Source: Patescibacteria group bacterium (GTDB lineage: Bacteria > Patescibacteriota > UBA1384 > 2-12-FULL-50-11). From it: a DNA stretch of 61,807 bases. The DNA lies in contig JBBDZM010000009.1 in NCBI GenBank assembly GCA_040900165.1, positions 18,636 through 80,442 on the forward strand, written 5' to 3'. A program made the position numbers and the translations under genes. The notes beneath the pieces are model-generated. The model did no database searches and was not told the origin of the DNA. It saw only the letters and a program-made list of their open reading frames with translations. Shown here piece after piece: positions 1 to 9,240 of the stretch (position 1 is the stretch's first letter; each line of letters opens with the position of its first letter).

Positions 1-40
1 CTATAGTGAGCGAAACGGCAGTGAAGCGAACTATACGAAG
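1..40. repeat. Partial copy of a short-hairpin / TATA-linker repeat family, truncated by the window edge
   Basis: ctata-GTGAGCGAAAC-ggca-GTGAAGCGAAC-tata parallels, in reverse orientation, tata-GCGACCGAAC-gtca-GTGAGGGAGC-tata inside the 24562-24834 element. Confidence 0.45.
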
Positions 41-76
41 TTGCCAAGGGCAACTGACTACTCCCTCTCCTGGCAC

Positions 77-799
77 ATGAAACAATTGAAAGTTGAAGAA
101 AAAGACCTAAGGCGGTTATTTATTAATGACACACCCTTGGCGGTATTTTGGCGGCGTTTTCGCCAATTTGCCAAACAGCTACTGGCCCTGGCAGCGCTGT
201 ATTTGCTGTTTTTTGTCCTGCTGAACTTTGGCGCTTATTGGACCCGGTTCCAATACAGCGTTAACGCCCAGCCAGTTGAAAAAGTTGCCGTCATTAAGCC
301 ACCGGTTAAAAAGATCCAGTACAAACCGGAGCTGCGGATACCGAAAATCGGCGTAGTGGCGCCACTGCAGGTGGATGTTCACCCAAATATTATTATTGAG
401 AGCTTAAAAACCGGCGTATCTCAGTACGCCGGTACCGCCACTCCCGGGCAGATCGGCAATAGCGTTATCGTTGGCCACTCGTCGGACTTTCCTTGGAGCG
501 ATGGGCGTTACAAAAATATTTTTGCCCTGCTGGACAAGCTAACGGTCGGCGATCAGATAATTATTACCTACAAAACCGAGAAATATATTTACGTTGTCAC
601 CGGTCAGAAAATTGTCGCCGCCACCGACTTGTCGGTGCTAAACATTACCGCCAAGCCAACAGTCACGCTGCTGACTTGTTACCCGGTTGGAACATCCAGA
701 AACCGCCTAATTATCACAGCAAAGTTGGTGAGCGATAACGCCGGAAGTGTCCAGATCGGTCAGCCCGGCTCTACGGACTCGTTACCGCGGCCACGCTAG
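77..799 (+). CDS. Sortase family transpeptidase, membrane anchored
   Basis: N-terminal TM helix, VIVGHSS His motif, TLLTCYP catalytic Cys motif and downstream Arg (SRNRLII). ATG at 77 is in frame with the TTG at 41 of the ORF track. Confidence 0.85.
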   Translation: MKQLKVEEKDLRRLFINDTPLAVFWRRFRQFAKQLLALAALYLLFFVLLNFGAYWTRFQYSVNAQPVEKVAVIKPPVKKIQYKPELRIPKIGVVAPLQVDVHPNIIIESLKTGVSQYAGTATPGQIGNSVIVGHSSDFPWSDGRYKNIFALLDKLTVGDQIIITYKTEKYIYVVTGQKIVAATDLSVLNITAKPTVTLLTCYPVGTSRNRLIITAKLVSDNAGSVQIGQPGSTDSLPRPR

Positions 800-1481
800 A
801 CTCAACGACATCAACTAAGTAGTTACTATTGCCGTCCTTGAGGGCAAATGACCAGCTAAATAATTTGGGATTGATAGTCGGATCGGCAGCGGCAGTCTTG
901 GTTACAAGTAAGTCTTGCGATGTTTCAGGGATATAAAGGCGAATTTCATTATTGAGCAGGTACAAATAGGCATTATTGAATCGATAGACTTTTTCTGGTG
1001 TTTGGGAGAAACGAGTGATTAGCTTTGAGCCGTCGTAAAGCTCGCTACGCACCAAACTTAATCCGGTGCTAAGTTTGCCGATATCAACGAAGCGGTAGTT
1101 TTTGGCAAGCGTAGTTTTGAGCGGGGCGATAGCAACCATCAGGACGTCTTTAACTAAACCAACCTGACCGGGGCGTAAGTGGAATGATTTTTCGTAGCTA
1201 TAAAAACCGGCCCGTTTAATCTCAAGTTCGTAGGAACCAGGATTAAGGTTGCGTTTTTCAAACGGTAGGGTGTTAGAGACTTTGAGGCCGTTGAGCCAAA
1301 CGGTGACGTTAGAAATTTTACTATCGACGGCAATAACCGATGTTTGCTCGAAGGTGCCGCTGGCTTTGTCGTAGCTTAGGCCGTTGACCCAAATCAAAGA
1401 GAAGATAGCGATTGTCACAAAGGCGGTGGTGCCGAACAATCCGACCAGAAAGTTCTGGAGAAGTCGCTCTTTTCGCGTCAT
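771..1481 (-). CDS. PEGA domain-containing membrane protein
   Basis: Start moved to the internal ATG (MTRKERLL...), which is followed by a TM helix. PEGA-like segment NLNPGSYELEIKRAGFYSYEKSFHLRPGQV. The upstream part of the 326-aa track ORF overlaps mreB and looks non-protein-like. Confidence 0.7.
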   Translation of the reverse strand: MTRKERLLQNFLVGLFGTTAFVTIAIFSLIWVNGLSYDKASGTFEQTSVIAVDSKISNVTVWLNGLKVSNTLPFEKRNLNPGSYELEIKRAGFYSYEKSFHLRPGQVGLVKDVLMVAIAPLKTTLAKNYRFVDIGKLSTGLSLVRSELYDGSKLITRFSQTPEKVYRFNNAYLYLLNNEIRLYIPETSQDLLVTKTAAADPTINPKLFSWSFALKDGNSNYLVDVVESSVAAVTSP

Positions 1482-1557
1482 TTTAGCAAGTGTAGCACCG
1501 TTGGAGCGAAAATGCTTTGTTAAGGGGAAAATTGCTGGTAGTATTTGGTCTGTTAAT

Positions 1558-2565
1558 ATGGTTAGAAAAATTGGCATCGATTTGGGCACAAATAATATCC
1601 TGATTTTTATTCCCGGACAGGGGATAGTTATTGATGAGCCAGCCGTTGTGGCTATTGATGCCTTCGATAATAAAATTGTCGCCTTTGGCGAAGAAGCCAA
1701 GAAAATGCTCGGCAAAACTCCCGACAGCATTATTGCCGCCCGGCCGCTCAAAGACGGCGTTATCGCTAACTTTAAAGTGACCGAGGCAATGTTGCGCTAT
1801 TTTATCAACCGAATTTCCGGCCGGCTAAGATTATTTCGGCCGGATATTATGGTGGCCGTACCGGTGGGTGCGACATCGACCGAGCGACGGGCGGTGATTG
1901 ATGCCTGCGTTTCGGCCGGCGCTAAAAAAGCTTATTTAATCAAAGAGCCGATCGCCGCCGCTCTGGGGGCTAACGTGCCGATCGCCGCCGCCGAAGGTCA
2001 CCTAGTTATTGATATCGGCGGGGGAACTACCGAGGTAGCGGTAATTTCGCTTGGTGATGTAGTGGCCTCAACATCGGTACGGGTGGGCGGTAATAAAATG
2101 GATACTGCCATCGCCAACTATATCCGCAAAAAATATTTGTTGGTGATCGGCGAGCAAACGGCCGAGATGCTTAAGATAAAGGTTGGCTCGGTATTGCCGA
2201 TGAAAAAGGAATTAACAACCGAATTGTCGGGAACCAACTCCGTTACCGGTCTGCCCGAGAGTGTGTTGGTTAACTCCAGCGATGTGATGAACGCCGTTCA
2301 GGAAGAGCTCAAAGAGATTATCGGTGCCGTTAAGGCTGTGCTTCAAAAAACTCCGCCCGAGCTGGCAGCTGATATTATGGACAAAGGAATGATTATGACT
2401 GGCGGGGGATCGCTACTACGAGATATGGACGAGTTGTTTACCAAGGTCACCGGTGTGCCCTGCCAACTCTCCGAAGATCCGCGACTTTGTGTGGTCCGAG
2501 GAACAGGGATTGCCGTTGAACACCTAGACGAATACGTCCGCTCGGTCCTGTGGGCCAAGCGATGA
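1558..2565 (+). CDS. mreB: Rod shape-determining protein MreB
   Basis: MVRKIGIDLGTNN start, actin-fold phosphate motifs (DIGGGTTEVAV, MTGGGSLL). Start set at ATG 1558 inside the longer track ORF. Confidence 0.95.
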   Translation: MVRKIGIDLGTNNILIFIPGQGIVIDEPAVVAIDAFDNKIVAFGEEAKKMLGKTPDSIIAARPLKDGVIANFKVTEAMLRYFINRISGRLRLFRPDIMVAVPVGATSTERRAVIDACVSAGAKKAYLIKEPIAAALGANVPIAAAEGHLVIDIGGGTTEVAVISLGDVVASTSVRVGGNKMDTAIANYIRKKYLLVIGEQTAEMLKIKVGSVLPMKKELTTELSGTNSVTGLPESVLVNSSDVMNAVQEELKEIIGAVKAVLQKTPPELAADIMDKGMIMTGGGSLLRDMDELFTKVTGVPCQLSEDPRLCVVRGTGIAVEHLDEYVRSVLWAKR

Positions 2566-2580
2566 ACACAACTAACGACA

Positions 2581-3294
2581 ATGGTAAGCCAAGCTAAAAT
2601 CCTGGGAGTAAATATCGATATCGTTACCTGGGCAGAGATTGTCCGGTTCTGCAAACAAGCCCTTGTCCAAGCGGCTCCACAGATGATTACAACCATTAAC
2701 GGGGAAATAATTCTTATCGCCACCAAAAACCCCTCGTATAAAAAAGTTCTTAATACGGCCAATTTGGCGATCGCCGATTCAACTAACGTCGTTTGGATGG
2801 GGCGACTGAAGGGATTTAAGTTTCCTTACCGCACCCCGGGCAGCGAGCTGTTTTGGGAGATCTGTGAGATCGCCGAAGATATGAAAAAGTCAGTCTACTT
2901 TTTGGGAGGGGCAGAGAATACCGCCCAGCTAACTGCCGAAAAGGTCCAAGAGCGATTCCCAGCACTAGAGATTGCTGGCTTTAGTAACGCCGACCCGTCG
3001 GAGCAGACGGCGCTAGAAGTCCGCAAGAAAAACCCGGATGTGGTGTTTGTGGCCTACGGCGCACCCGTGCAGGAGCTGTGGATTGCTCAAAACAAAGACA
3101 AAATTACTGCCAAGATAATGGTCGGAGTGGGGGGAACGTTCGATATGGTATCGGGCAAACTGCGCCGGGCGCCGGACTGGATGTTAAAAATGCACTTAGA
3201 GTGGCTCTGGCGGCTCTATCTCCAGCCAAAGCGAATCATTCGGATATTTAAAGCGGTGATAATCTTTCCAATCCGGGTGCTATTTAGCTCATAA
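2581..3294 (+). CDS. WecB/TagA/CpsF family glycosyltransferase
   Basis: ILGVNIDIVT... N-terminus, VGVGGTFD motif and a family-typical C-terminus (LEWLWRL..P.R). Confidence 0.85.
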   Translation: MVSQAKILGVNIDIVTWAEIVRFCKQALVQAAPQMITTINGEIILIATKNPSYKKVLNTANLAIADSTNVVWMGRLKGFKFPYRTPGSELFWEICEIAEDMKKSVYFLGGAENTAQLTAEKVQERFPALEIAGFSNADPSEQTALEVRKKNPDVVFVAYGAPVQELWIAQNKDKITAKIMVGVGGTFDMVSGKLRRAPDWMLKMHLEWLWRLYLQPKRIIRIFKAVIIFPIRVLFSS

Positions 3295-3307
3295 CTAGAA
3301 AAACTCC

Positions 3308-3480
3308 GAGCCAGGACCGAGCAAGCCTGCCCGGTCAGCGAGGAAGTTTTTCACCACCCGCCTGGGGCAGCGTGCGGGGGTGGGCCGCGCTCGCAACGCT
3401 AGCACTTGCTTAGCGGGCGAGAGTGCAGAGGGTAGGGGGCTGCTTCGCAACTAAGCCCCCTGTCCTCTGCAGAAATTGCG
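3308..3480 (+). repeat. Structured repeat element, copy A (possible ncRNA or 3' UTR element)
   Basis: The 73-nt core 3308-3380 is about 85 percent identical to the reverse complement of 24762-24833, including an identical 24-mer caccacccgcctggggcagcgtgc. A 16-bp stem 3425-3440/3455-3470 has two G-U pairs only on the plus strand. Both copies end in agaaattgc. Confidence 0.6.
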
Positions 3481-3499
3481 TTCTTTTGATAATGCGGAA

Positions 3500-3528
3500 T
3501 TGATAACTTCACATATTGATGTTATTAT
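3500..3528 (+). promoter_or_regulatory. Sigma70-like promoter upstream of nusA
   Basis: TTGATA (3500-3505), 17-nt spacer, TATTAT (3523-3528). Confidence 0.5.
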
Positions 3529-3538
3529 TACGATGTAG

Positions 3539-3564
3539 ACCAGGATTTAGTCCTGGTTGTTTTT
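3539..3564 (+). terminator. Intrinsic terminator/attenuator hairpin in the nusA leader
   Basis: accagga-tttag-tcctggt stem-loop followed by tgttttt, starting about 5 nt after the predicted transcription start. Confidence 0.5.
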
Positions 3565-3661
3565 AAATAAAAAACCAAACAGTGATATTCTAAATAAAAG
3601 GAGATTAAACTATACTCATGTATAACATTCGTTTATTCAACCTCCAAAAAGAGGTTTCATA

Positions 3662-4915
3662 ATGGCCATTTCACCATTTAGCGCCGCCCTAAACCAACTA
3701 GCCGACGAGCGAGGACTACCCCGTGAGATTATCGTGGAAGCGATTGAATCGGCCGTCGGTGCCGCTTATCGCAAAGACTACGGCAACCCCGACCAAGAGA
3801 TAATTTCGCGCTTAAACGATGAAAGCGGCCAATTCGATATCTTCCAGGTATTTGATGTTGTCAAGGAGGTGGAAAACGAGCACGCCCAGCTAACACTTAA
3901 GCAAGCCAAAGAAATGAAAAAAGGCGCAAAGCTCGAGGACAAAATCGAAATTGAGCTCGAGCCCCACACAGAATTTGGCCGTATTGCTGCCCAAACTGCC
4001 AAGCAGGTTATCTCTCAGCGCCTACGTGAGGCCGAGAAAGAAATACTTTATGCCGAGTACAAAGAAAAACAGGGCCAGCTAATTAACGGCTACGTCCAAC
4101 AGATCGAGGGACCAAACGTTATTATGAACATCGGTAAACTTAACGGCCTGATGATTGCCTCTGATCAAATTCCTAACCAACATTACTACGCTGGCCAGCG
4201 CTTAAAAATCCTGGTCTACAACGTCGAAGAAACCCCGCGCGGTCCCCGCGTTCTGGTAACCCGCTCCAGCCCCGACTTTATTAAAAAGTTATTTGAGTTG
4301 GAAGTTCCAGAAGTCGCCGCCGGCAACGTGGAAGTGAAAGTAATTGCCCGAGAAGCCGGAACCCGAACCAAAATGGCCGTTATCTCCAACCAACCCGGGC
4401 TCGACCCGGTCGGCTCATGTGTCGGTCAGCGCGGCAGCCGCGTTCAGGCCGTTATTAGCGAGATTGGCGATGAAAAAATCGATATTATCCCTTGGAAAGA
4501 AGACACCGAAGGATTCTTAATCGAAGCCCTTAAGCCAGCGTTAATCGAAAAAATCAAACTCTCTAAAAAAGAGCTGCGAGCAACTGTGACTGTTCCGGAA
4601 GATCAACTATCTCTAGCGATCGGTAAGAACGGCCAGAATGTTCGCTTGGCTAGCAAACTAATTGGCTGGGAAGTCGATATCGTCAAAACCGGCGAGGACA
4701 AGCGCCCGGAAAGAGCCGAGCGAGTAGAAACACCGGCACCAACCGAAACTCCAGCACCAGAAGTGAGCGAAAAAACCGCAGTTGTCGAACAAGTAGAAAC
4801 CGCCGAAATTGTCGAGACCGAACCGCCAATGCCAACGGACAAGGCGATCGATGCTCAGACTCCCGAAGACCAAGTCGCCGAGCAAGAGCAGGTGGCCGAC
4901 GAAGCCAGTAAGTAA
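3662..4915 (+). CDS. nusA: Transcription termination/antitermination factor NusA with an acidic C-terminal tail
   Basis: NusA N-domain, S1 and two KH segments (GLDPVGSCVGQRGSRVQ, LSLAIGKNGQNVRLASKL). Pro/Glu-rich tail. Confidence 0.95.
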   Translation: MAISPFSAALNQLADERGLPREIIVEAIESAVGAAYRKDYGNPDQEIISRLNDESGQFDIFQVFDVVKEVENEHAQLTLKQAKEMKKGAKLEDKIEIELEPHTEFGRIAAQTAKQVISQRLREAEKEILYAEYKEKQGQLINGYVQQIEGPNVIMNIGKLNGLMIASDQIPNQHYYAGQRLKILVYNVEETPRGPRVLVTRSSPDFIKKLFELEVPEVAAGNVEVKVIAREAGTRTKMAVISNQPGLDPVGSCVGQRGSRVQAVISEIGDEKIDIIPWKEDTEGFLIEALKPALIEKIKLSKKELRATVTVPEDQLSLAIGKNGQNVRLASKLIGWEVDIVKTGEDKRPERAERVETPAPTETPAPEVSEKTAVVEQVETAEIVETEPPMPTDKAIDAQTPEDQVAEQEQVADEASK

Positions 4916-5026
4916 GTGTAAAGTACACTTTACACTACCGGTTCAACGATTTGCAGGGTTAATTGGGATAATCTCCAATAATTTTACCTGACAAACCGGT
5001 AACGGTTTGCTATATTTAGAGCGAAA

Positions 5027-7525
5027 ATGAAAGACAACAACCAGCCAGAGGGTCACATCAACCGCCTAAGCGAGACGGCTCAAAAGATTCTTAACGACGC
5101 CGAGCTCTACGCCAAGGCACTTAACTCCGGCTTTGACACGCATCACTTACTAATCGGCATCGCCAGCAACCCCGGGACACTAGCCTACGAGTGGCTAAGG
5201 GAGGTTTACGTGACGCCCGAGCGGCTTAGCTACGCCCTCCACTCCAACAACAGTTTGCTCAAAACGAAAGAAATAATCTCCGTCGATTTAAAGAGGGCTT
5301 TAATTACTGCCCATAAAAAGGCCGCCAAATACAACACCCCAACCGTTGATTCGGAGCACCTACTGCTATCGCTAGTCTGCGCCAAGGACTCCAACGCCTA
5401 CCAAATATTATTATTATTAGAAGTCGATCCCAAGCTCTTGCGCGATCAGATCGAGGAGTATTTCGACCAACTCCAAGACGGCGTTGATGACGACGATGAC
5501 GATATCGAACAGCCCAACAATTTTTCCCAACCAACCAGTCGAGAATTGCCCCAGTCGGCTCAGCAAACCCGAGCCAAATCAGCGATCGATTACTTTACCA
5601 CCGATTTAACCAAGCTCGCCAAAGACCATAAGCTCGATCCGGTCATTGGCCGCCAAAAAGAAATCACCCGAATGACCCAAATATTAATCCGCCGGGTCAA
5701 AAATAACCCGGTCCTAACAGGTGAGGCCGGTGTCGGCAAAACCGCCATCGTCGAAGGCCTGGCGCAAAAGATTGCTGCCGGCGATGTCCCTACCCAGCTG
5801 GCCGACAAACGGGTTTTAAGCTTGGATTTAGCGCTGTTGATATCGGGCACCACTTACCGCGGACAGTTTGAGGAACGAACCAAACGGCTCGTCGATGAAA
5901 TTATTAAATCCGGTAATGTCATCCTCTTTGTTGACGAGCTCCACACTATTGTCGGGGCTGGCGCCGCCGAAGGATCGATCGATTTAAGCAACATCCTAAA
6001 ACCAGCGCTGGCCAAAGGACAGTTGCGATTAATCGGTGCCACCACTAACGATGAGTATCGCAAATACATCGAAAAGGATCCGGCGCTGGAGCGCCGGTTG
6101 CAGAGAGTCAATGTCGACGAGCCCAGTGTTGAGGAAACGGTGGCAATTCTTGCCGGCTTAAAAACCGCTTACGAGAAACATCACAACGTCATAATTGAGC
6201 AGGAGGCGATCGCCGCCGCCGCCGATCTGTCTAAACGCTACATCTCCGACCGATTCTTACCCGATAAGGCCATTGACTTAATTGACGAAGCCGCCGCCGC
6301 TACCCAGCTAGAGGAAAAACAGCTTAAAACTCATAACCGATTGACTGATTTGGAGAAACGTCGTAAACGGGCTAAAGGCGAGCATCTCAAACACGCCGAG
6401 AACTTGGAGTACGAAAAGGCCGCCGAGTGGCGGGTGTTGGAGTTTAAATTAATCGATGAAATCGAGAAATTAAAAGCTAAGTTACCGAAACGCTCCAAAA
6501 CCCGCGCCATTACTCGCGAAGACATCGCCAAAATTGTCTCAATGTGGACCGGCGTGCCGGTCCAAGCCCTGGCTAAAACCGATAAAATTCGCCTGACCAA
6601 CCTGGAGAAAAACTTGTCCGAGTTTATCGTTGGCCAACAGCAGGCAATTAAAACCATCGCCTCGGCGATTCGCCGTTCCAGCACTGGCGTTGGCGACCCA
6701 AACCGACCGCTCGGATCGTTTATTTTCCTTGGCCCAACCGGTGTCGGTAAAACCGAGTTAGCTAAAGTGTTAGCCCGGGAAGTCTACGGCCGAGAGGAAG
6801 CGTTGATCAAGGTAGATATGAGTGAATTTATGGAAAAACATAATGTTTCACGTTTAGTCGGCGCTCCTCCCGGATATATCGGCTACGAAGACGCCGGCAA
6901 ACTAACCGAATCAATCCGTCGCCAACCCTATTCAGTGGTCTTACTTGACGAAATCGAAAAAGCCCACCCCGATGTCTTTAATATGCTCCTTCAGGTAATG
7001 GAGGACGGCTACTTGACCGACGCCAAAGGCCGAAAGGTCAACTTTAAAAACACCATCTTAATTATGACCTCCAATATTGGGATGAGCGAGCTCAATCGCC
7101 AAGCGGCGATTGGCTTTAAAACAATCGGCGATAAATCGACCGAACAGCGCTATGAAGAGATTAAGAGCAAGATTCAGGACGAACTCAAACAGCATTTCCG
7201 CCCGGAGTTTATGAATCGCTTAGATAAGACGATTATCTTCCGCCCGCTGGGCAAGCCGGAGGTCAAAGAAATTGTCCGCCGCCAAATCCAGCTCTTAAGC
7301 GACCGGCTGCTGCCGGAGGGAATTGAAATTCAGGTGGCGCCAGAGGCAGTCAGCTTTCTGGCCGAAAAGGGCTTCGACCCAGAGTTTGGCGCCCGGCCGG
7401 TCCGGCGAGTGATTACTGAATACATTGAAGACCCACTTTCCGAATTATTGCTGACCGGACGGCTGTCGAAATCCGCCCCCATACGGGTGTTGCGCAAAGG
7501 CGCCAAGCTAGCACTAATAAAATAG
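5027..7525 (+). CDS. clpC: ATP-dependent Clp protease ATP-binding subunit ClpC-type
   Basis: Clp_N repeats, two AAA modules ([16 protein letters not shown]) and a UVR-like EYEKAAEWR linker. Confidence 0.95.
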   Translation: MKDNNQPEGHINRLSETAQKILNDAELYAKALNSGFDTHHLLIGIASNPGTLAYEWLREVYVTPERLSYALHSNNSLLKTKEIISVDLKRALITAHKKAAKYNTPTVDSEHLLLSLVCAKDSNAYQILLLLEVDPKLLRDQIEEYFDQLQDGVDDDDDDIEQPNNFSQPTSRELPQSAQQTRAKSAIDYFTTDLTKLAKDHKLDPVIGRQKEITRMTQILIRRVKNNPVLTGEAGVGKTAIVEGLAQKIAAGDVPTQLADKRVLSLDLALLISGTTYRGQFEERTKRLVDEIIKSGNVILFVDELHTIVGAGAAEGSIDLSNILKPALAKGQLRLIGATTNDEYRKYIEKDPALERRLQRVNVDEPSVEETVAILAGLKTAYEKHHNVIIEQEAIAAAADLSKRYISDRFLPDKAIDLIDEAAAATQLEEKQLKTHNRLTDLEKRRKRAKGEHLKHAENLEYEKAAEWRVLEFKLIDEIEKLKAKLPKRSKTRAITREDIAKIVSMWTGVPVQALAKTDKIRLTNLEKNLSEFIVGQQQAIKTIASAIRRSSTGVGDPNRPLGSFIFLGPTGVGKTELAKVLAREVYGREEALIKVDMSEFMEKHNVSRLVGAPPGYIGYEDAGKLTESIRRQPYSVVLLDEIEKAHPDVFNMLLQVMEDGYLTDAKGRKVNFKNTILIMTSNIGMSELNRQAAIGFKTIGDKSTEQRYEEIKSKIQDELKQHFRPEFMNRLDKTIIFRPLGKPEVKEIVRRQIQLLSDRLLPEGIEIQVAPEAVSFLAEKGFDPEFGARPVRRVITEYIEDPLSELLLTGRLSKSAPIRVLRKGAKLALIK

Positions 7526-7532
7526 TGCTAGC

Positions 7533-7593
7533 GAATTAAGAAGTACGAATTAAGAATTAAGATTTTTATATTCATAATTCATAATTCTTCCCC
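7533..7593. repeat. Heptamer-periodic imperfect hairpin (GAATTAA units facing NTAATTC units)
   Basis: GAATTAA-type heptamers at 7533, 7540, 7547 and 7554 face TTCATAA units at 7571 and 7578. The gaatta/taattc blocks pair, with A-A mismatches every 7 nt. Ends in ttcttcccc. Confidence 0.7.
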
Positions 7594-7662
7594 TAGGTCT
7601 TGACTTTTCCACCGTTTTATGGTATGGTTGGCGCGTCATCCTCACGGATGAGGTACAAAGAC

Positions 7663-7947
7663 ATGAAAATCAAGTTATGGATCTTTCTCGTAGTAGTCGG
7701 GATTCTCCTTGTGTTATTACATGAAGAGATGACTGGCGGAATGACAATTCTGTCAGATATTCCCGACGATCCGAGCGTCAGCGATGGCTGGCCATGGTGC
7801 ATCGGAGCCACCGGCATTTTGTCGGTTGTCTTGGGCACCGTAATCTGTTTCGTTGAAAGGATTCAGCGGAGCAACGACCGGCTTGACGGAAGAGATGTTC
7901 GAGCCGAGGAGCGCCGACGGCGCACCCTCGAGCAACTCTCCCAATGA
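7663..7947 (+). CDS. Small membrane protein, two predicted TM helices and an Arg-rich C-terminus
   Basis: ATG 7663 follows ggatgagg. MKIKLWIFLVVVGILLVLL and WCIGATGILSVVLGTVICFV hydrophobic segments. No recognisable family. Confidence 0.55.
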   Translation: MKIKLWIFLVVVGILLVLLHEEMTGGMTILSDIPDDPSVSDGWPWCIGATGILSVVLGTVICFVERIQRSNDRLDGRDVRAEERRRRTLEQLSQ

Positions 7948-7989
7948 CTCATAAAGGCCCTCAAGCACATCGTGCAAGCGGGCCTTTCT

Positions 7990-8033
7990 CATAATCATAA
8001 TTCGTAATTCATAATTCTTAATTCTTCTTCCCC
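7990..8033. repeat. Tandem heptamer array (NTAATTC)x4-5 ending in ttcttcttcccc
   Basis: ataattc, gtaattc, ataattc and ttaattc at 7997-8024. A direct-repeat relative of the right arm of the 7533-7593 element, so the two arrays bracket the small ORF. Confidence 0.7.
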
Positions 8034-8092
8034 AACTTTCGGTTGACGTTCGGTTTTCCACTTATCCACAGAGTTTTCCCCGAACATTAGCC

Positions 8093-8120
8093 AAAAGAAA
8101 AAGGGCCGCTGATGCGGCCC
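8093..8120 (-). terminator. Intrinsic terminator of the LuxR-type gene
   Basis: gggccgc-tgat-gcggccc (8103-8120), followed on the minus strand by tttttctttt. Confidence 0.7.
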
Positions 8121-8177
8121 GATGAAAGTCTTGTGATCGCTCTCCGAGTAGAATCGGGGAGCTTCCGTGTGTTGGAC

Positions 8178-8462
8178 TTAGGATTCCTCTTGGTCTTGCT
8201 CAAAGAACGGCTCAAAAGGAATCAGACAAAGTCGAGTGGCGTTCCTAACCGCCTGTATCCGGTTGTTAACTTGAAGTTTGTCATAGATGTTGGCCAGGTG
8301 AAAATCCACCGTCCGCTTCGAAACGACCAGCCGGTCAGCAGCTTCCTTGCTGGAGTGGCCTTGAGCGATTAAGCTCAAAACCTTAATTTCTGTGGGCGTG
8401 AGGCGCACGCCGCGCTGGGGAACAATCCCCTGAATCGGTTGAGGTGCTACAGCTACAGCCAT
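8178..8462 (-). CDS. LuxR/GerE-type helix-turn-helix transcriptional regulator (stand-alone DNA-binding domain)
   Basis: LTPTEIKVLSLIAQGHSSKEAADRLVVSKRTVDFHLANIYDKLQV matches the GerE HTH pattern. Confidence 0.85.
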   Translation of the reverse strand: MAVAVAPQPIQGIVPQRGVRLTPTEIKVLSLIAQGHSSKEAADRLVVSKRTVDFHLANIYDKLQVNNRIQAVRNATRLCLIPFEPFFEQDQEES

Positions 8463-8544
8463 AAAGTTCTCGTTCCCTCGCTTAAGTAAGCAGGGGAGAG
8501 TTATCTTACCGCAATTATGCTCAAAAATCTAGTCTTGGGTGGTA

Positions 8545-8575
8545 TTGACAAGTTTGGTATTTGTTCGGCTATGAT
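8545..8575 (+). promoter_or_regulatory. Promoter with an embedded putative LexA operator (GTTT-N7-GTTC)
   Basis: TTGACA 8545-8550, GTTTggtatttGTTC 8552-8566, TATGAT 8570-8575, ATG 6 nt further on (leaderless geometry). Confidence 0.55.
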
Positions 8576-8581
8576 AGCGAC

Positions 8582-8848
8582 ATGACTAATGTTGCCGTTG
8601 AGTCATTTGAACAGGTACAAGAGCCAATCCGGGTGGTGGCTAGTTTCGATGGCCCGAAGGTACGATTGCACTCGTTTGAGTGGCGGGGACGAATCTACCA
8701 AGTGGAAACCGTCAACCTTTTCCACATTGAAAAAGACGCTAAAAAGTCGCTCTACCATTTTGCCGTTTCTTCCGAAGGGAACGATTACGACATTGTCTTT
8801 AACCCGATTAGCTTGGCTTGGAAACTTCAGGAAGTCGTCAACGCTTGA
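8582..8848 (+). CDS. Hypothetical protein, putative SOS-regulated
   Basis: ATG 8582 lies right after the -10 element. The 88-aa product has no recognisable motif. Confidence 0.55.
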   Translation: MTNVAVESFEQVQEPIRVVASFDGPKVRLHSFEWRGRIYQVETVNLFHIEKDAKKSLYHFAVSSEGNDYDIVFNPISLAWKLQEVVNA

Positions 8849-8905
8849 CAGGCTCTGGCACAAAAAATAGTATTAGCGACAGTGTGCACATTCTACGGAG
8901 GGAAT

Positions 8906-9172
8906 ATGAGTAGGCCGGAGTACTTGATACTACTGCGCCCGACTAATGACGGCTGGCGAGCCGTTATTTTAAAGGGCCAGGAGCAGATCTGCCCGATTCT
9001 GCCAGCGACCAGGGAAAAACCAACCGTATCTGGGGAGTGGTGGCTGGATTATCTGATTAAACCATCGCCGGAGATTGACCAGCTCCACTGGGAGCCCCTC
9101 AATATGGCTATCCAACAAGTTCCGGGGAAAATTCCCCACGACCTTGCTTGCATCCTGATTCGACATCTTTAA
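8906..9172 (+). CDS. Hypothetical protein, probably co-transcribed with 8582-8848
   Basis: ATG 8906 is preceded by ggaggg. The 88-aa product has no recognisable motif. Confidence 0.55.
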   Translation: MSRPEYLILLRPTNDGWRAVILKGQEQICPILPATREKPTVSGEWWLDYLIKPSPEIDQLHWEPLNMAIQQVPGKIPHDLACILIRHL

Positions 9173-9206
9173 AGGCGCGTCAACCGCGCTTTCTCTTTTT
9201 TATCCA

Positions 9207-9240
9207 TTGACTGTTCGGCTTTTGTTCGCCACTGTAGAGT
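9207..9240 (+). promoter_or_regulatory. Promoter with an embedded putative LexA operator (GTTC-N7-GTTC) upstream of dinB
   Basis: TTGACT 9207-9212 is followed directly by GTTCggcttttGTTC 9213-9227. Candidate -10 is TAGAGT at 9235-9240. Confidence 0.55.

Noticed and set aside
3292-3303. Shared 12-mer taactagaaaaa at the 3' ends of two genes (also at 19498-19509) as an insertion target site
   Set aside because: Random 12-mer matches are expected many times in 62 kb, so the positional coincidence alone is insufficient. It is mentioned only as context.
8041-8075. Fourth SOS-type promoter (TTGACGTTCGGTTTTCC)
   Set aside because: Only one GTTC half-site is present, there is no second GTTC at N7 spacing, there is no -10 element, and no plus-strand gene lies downstream.
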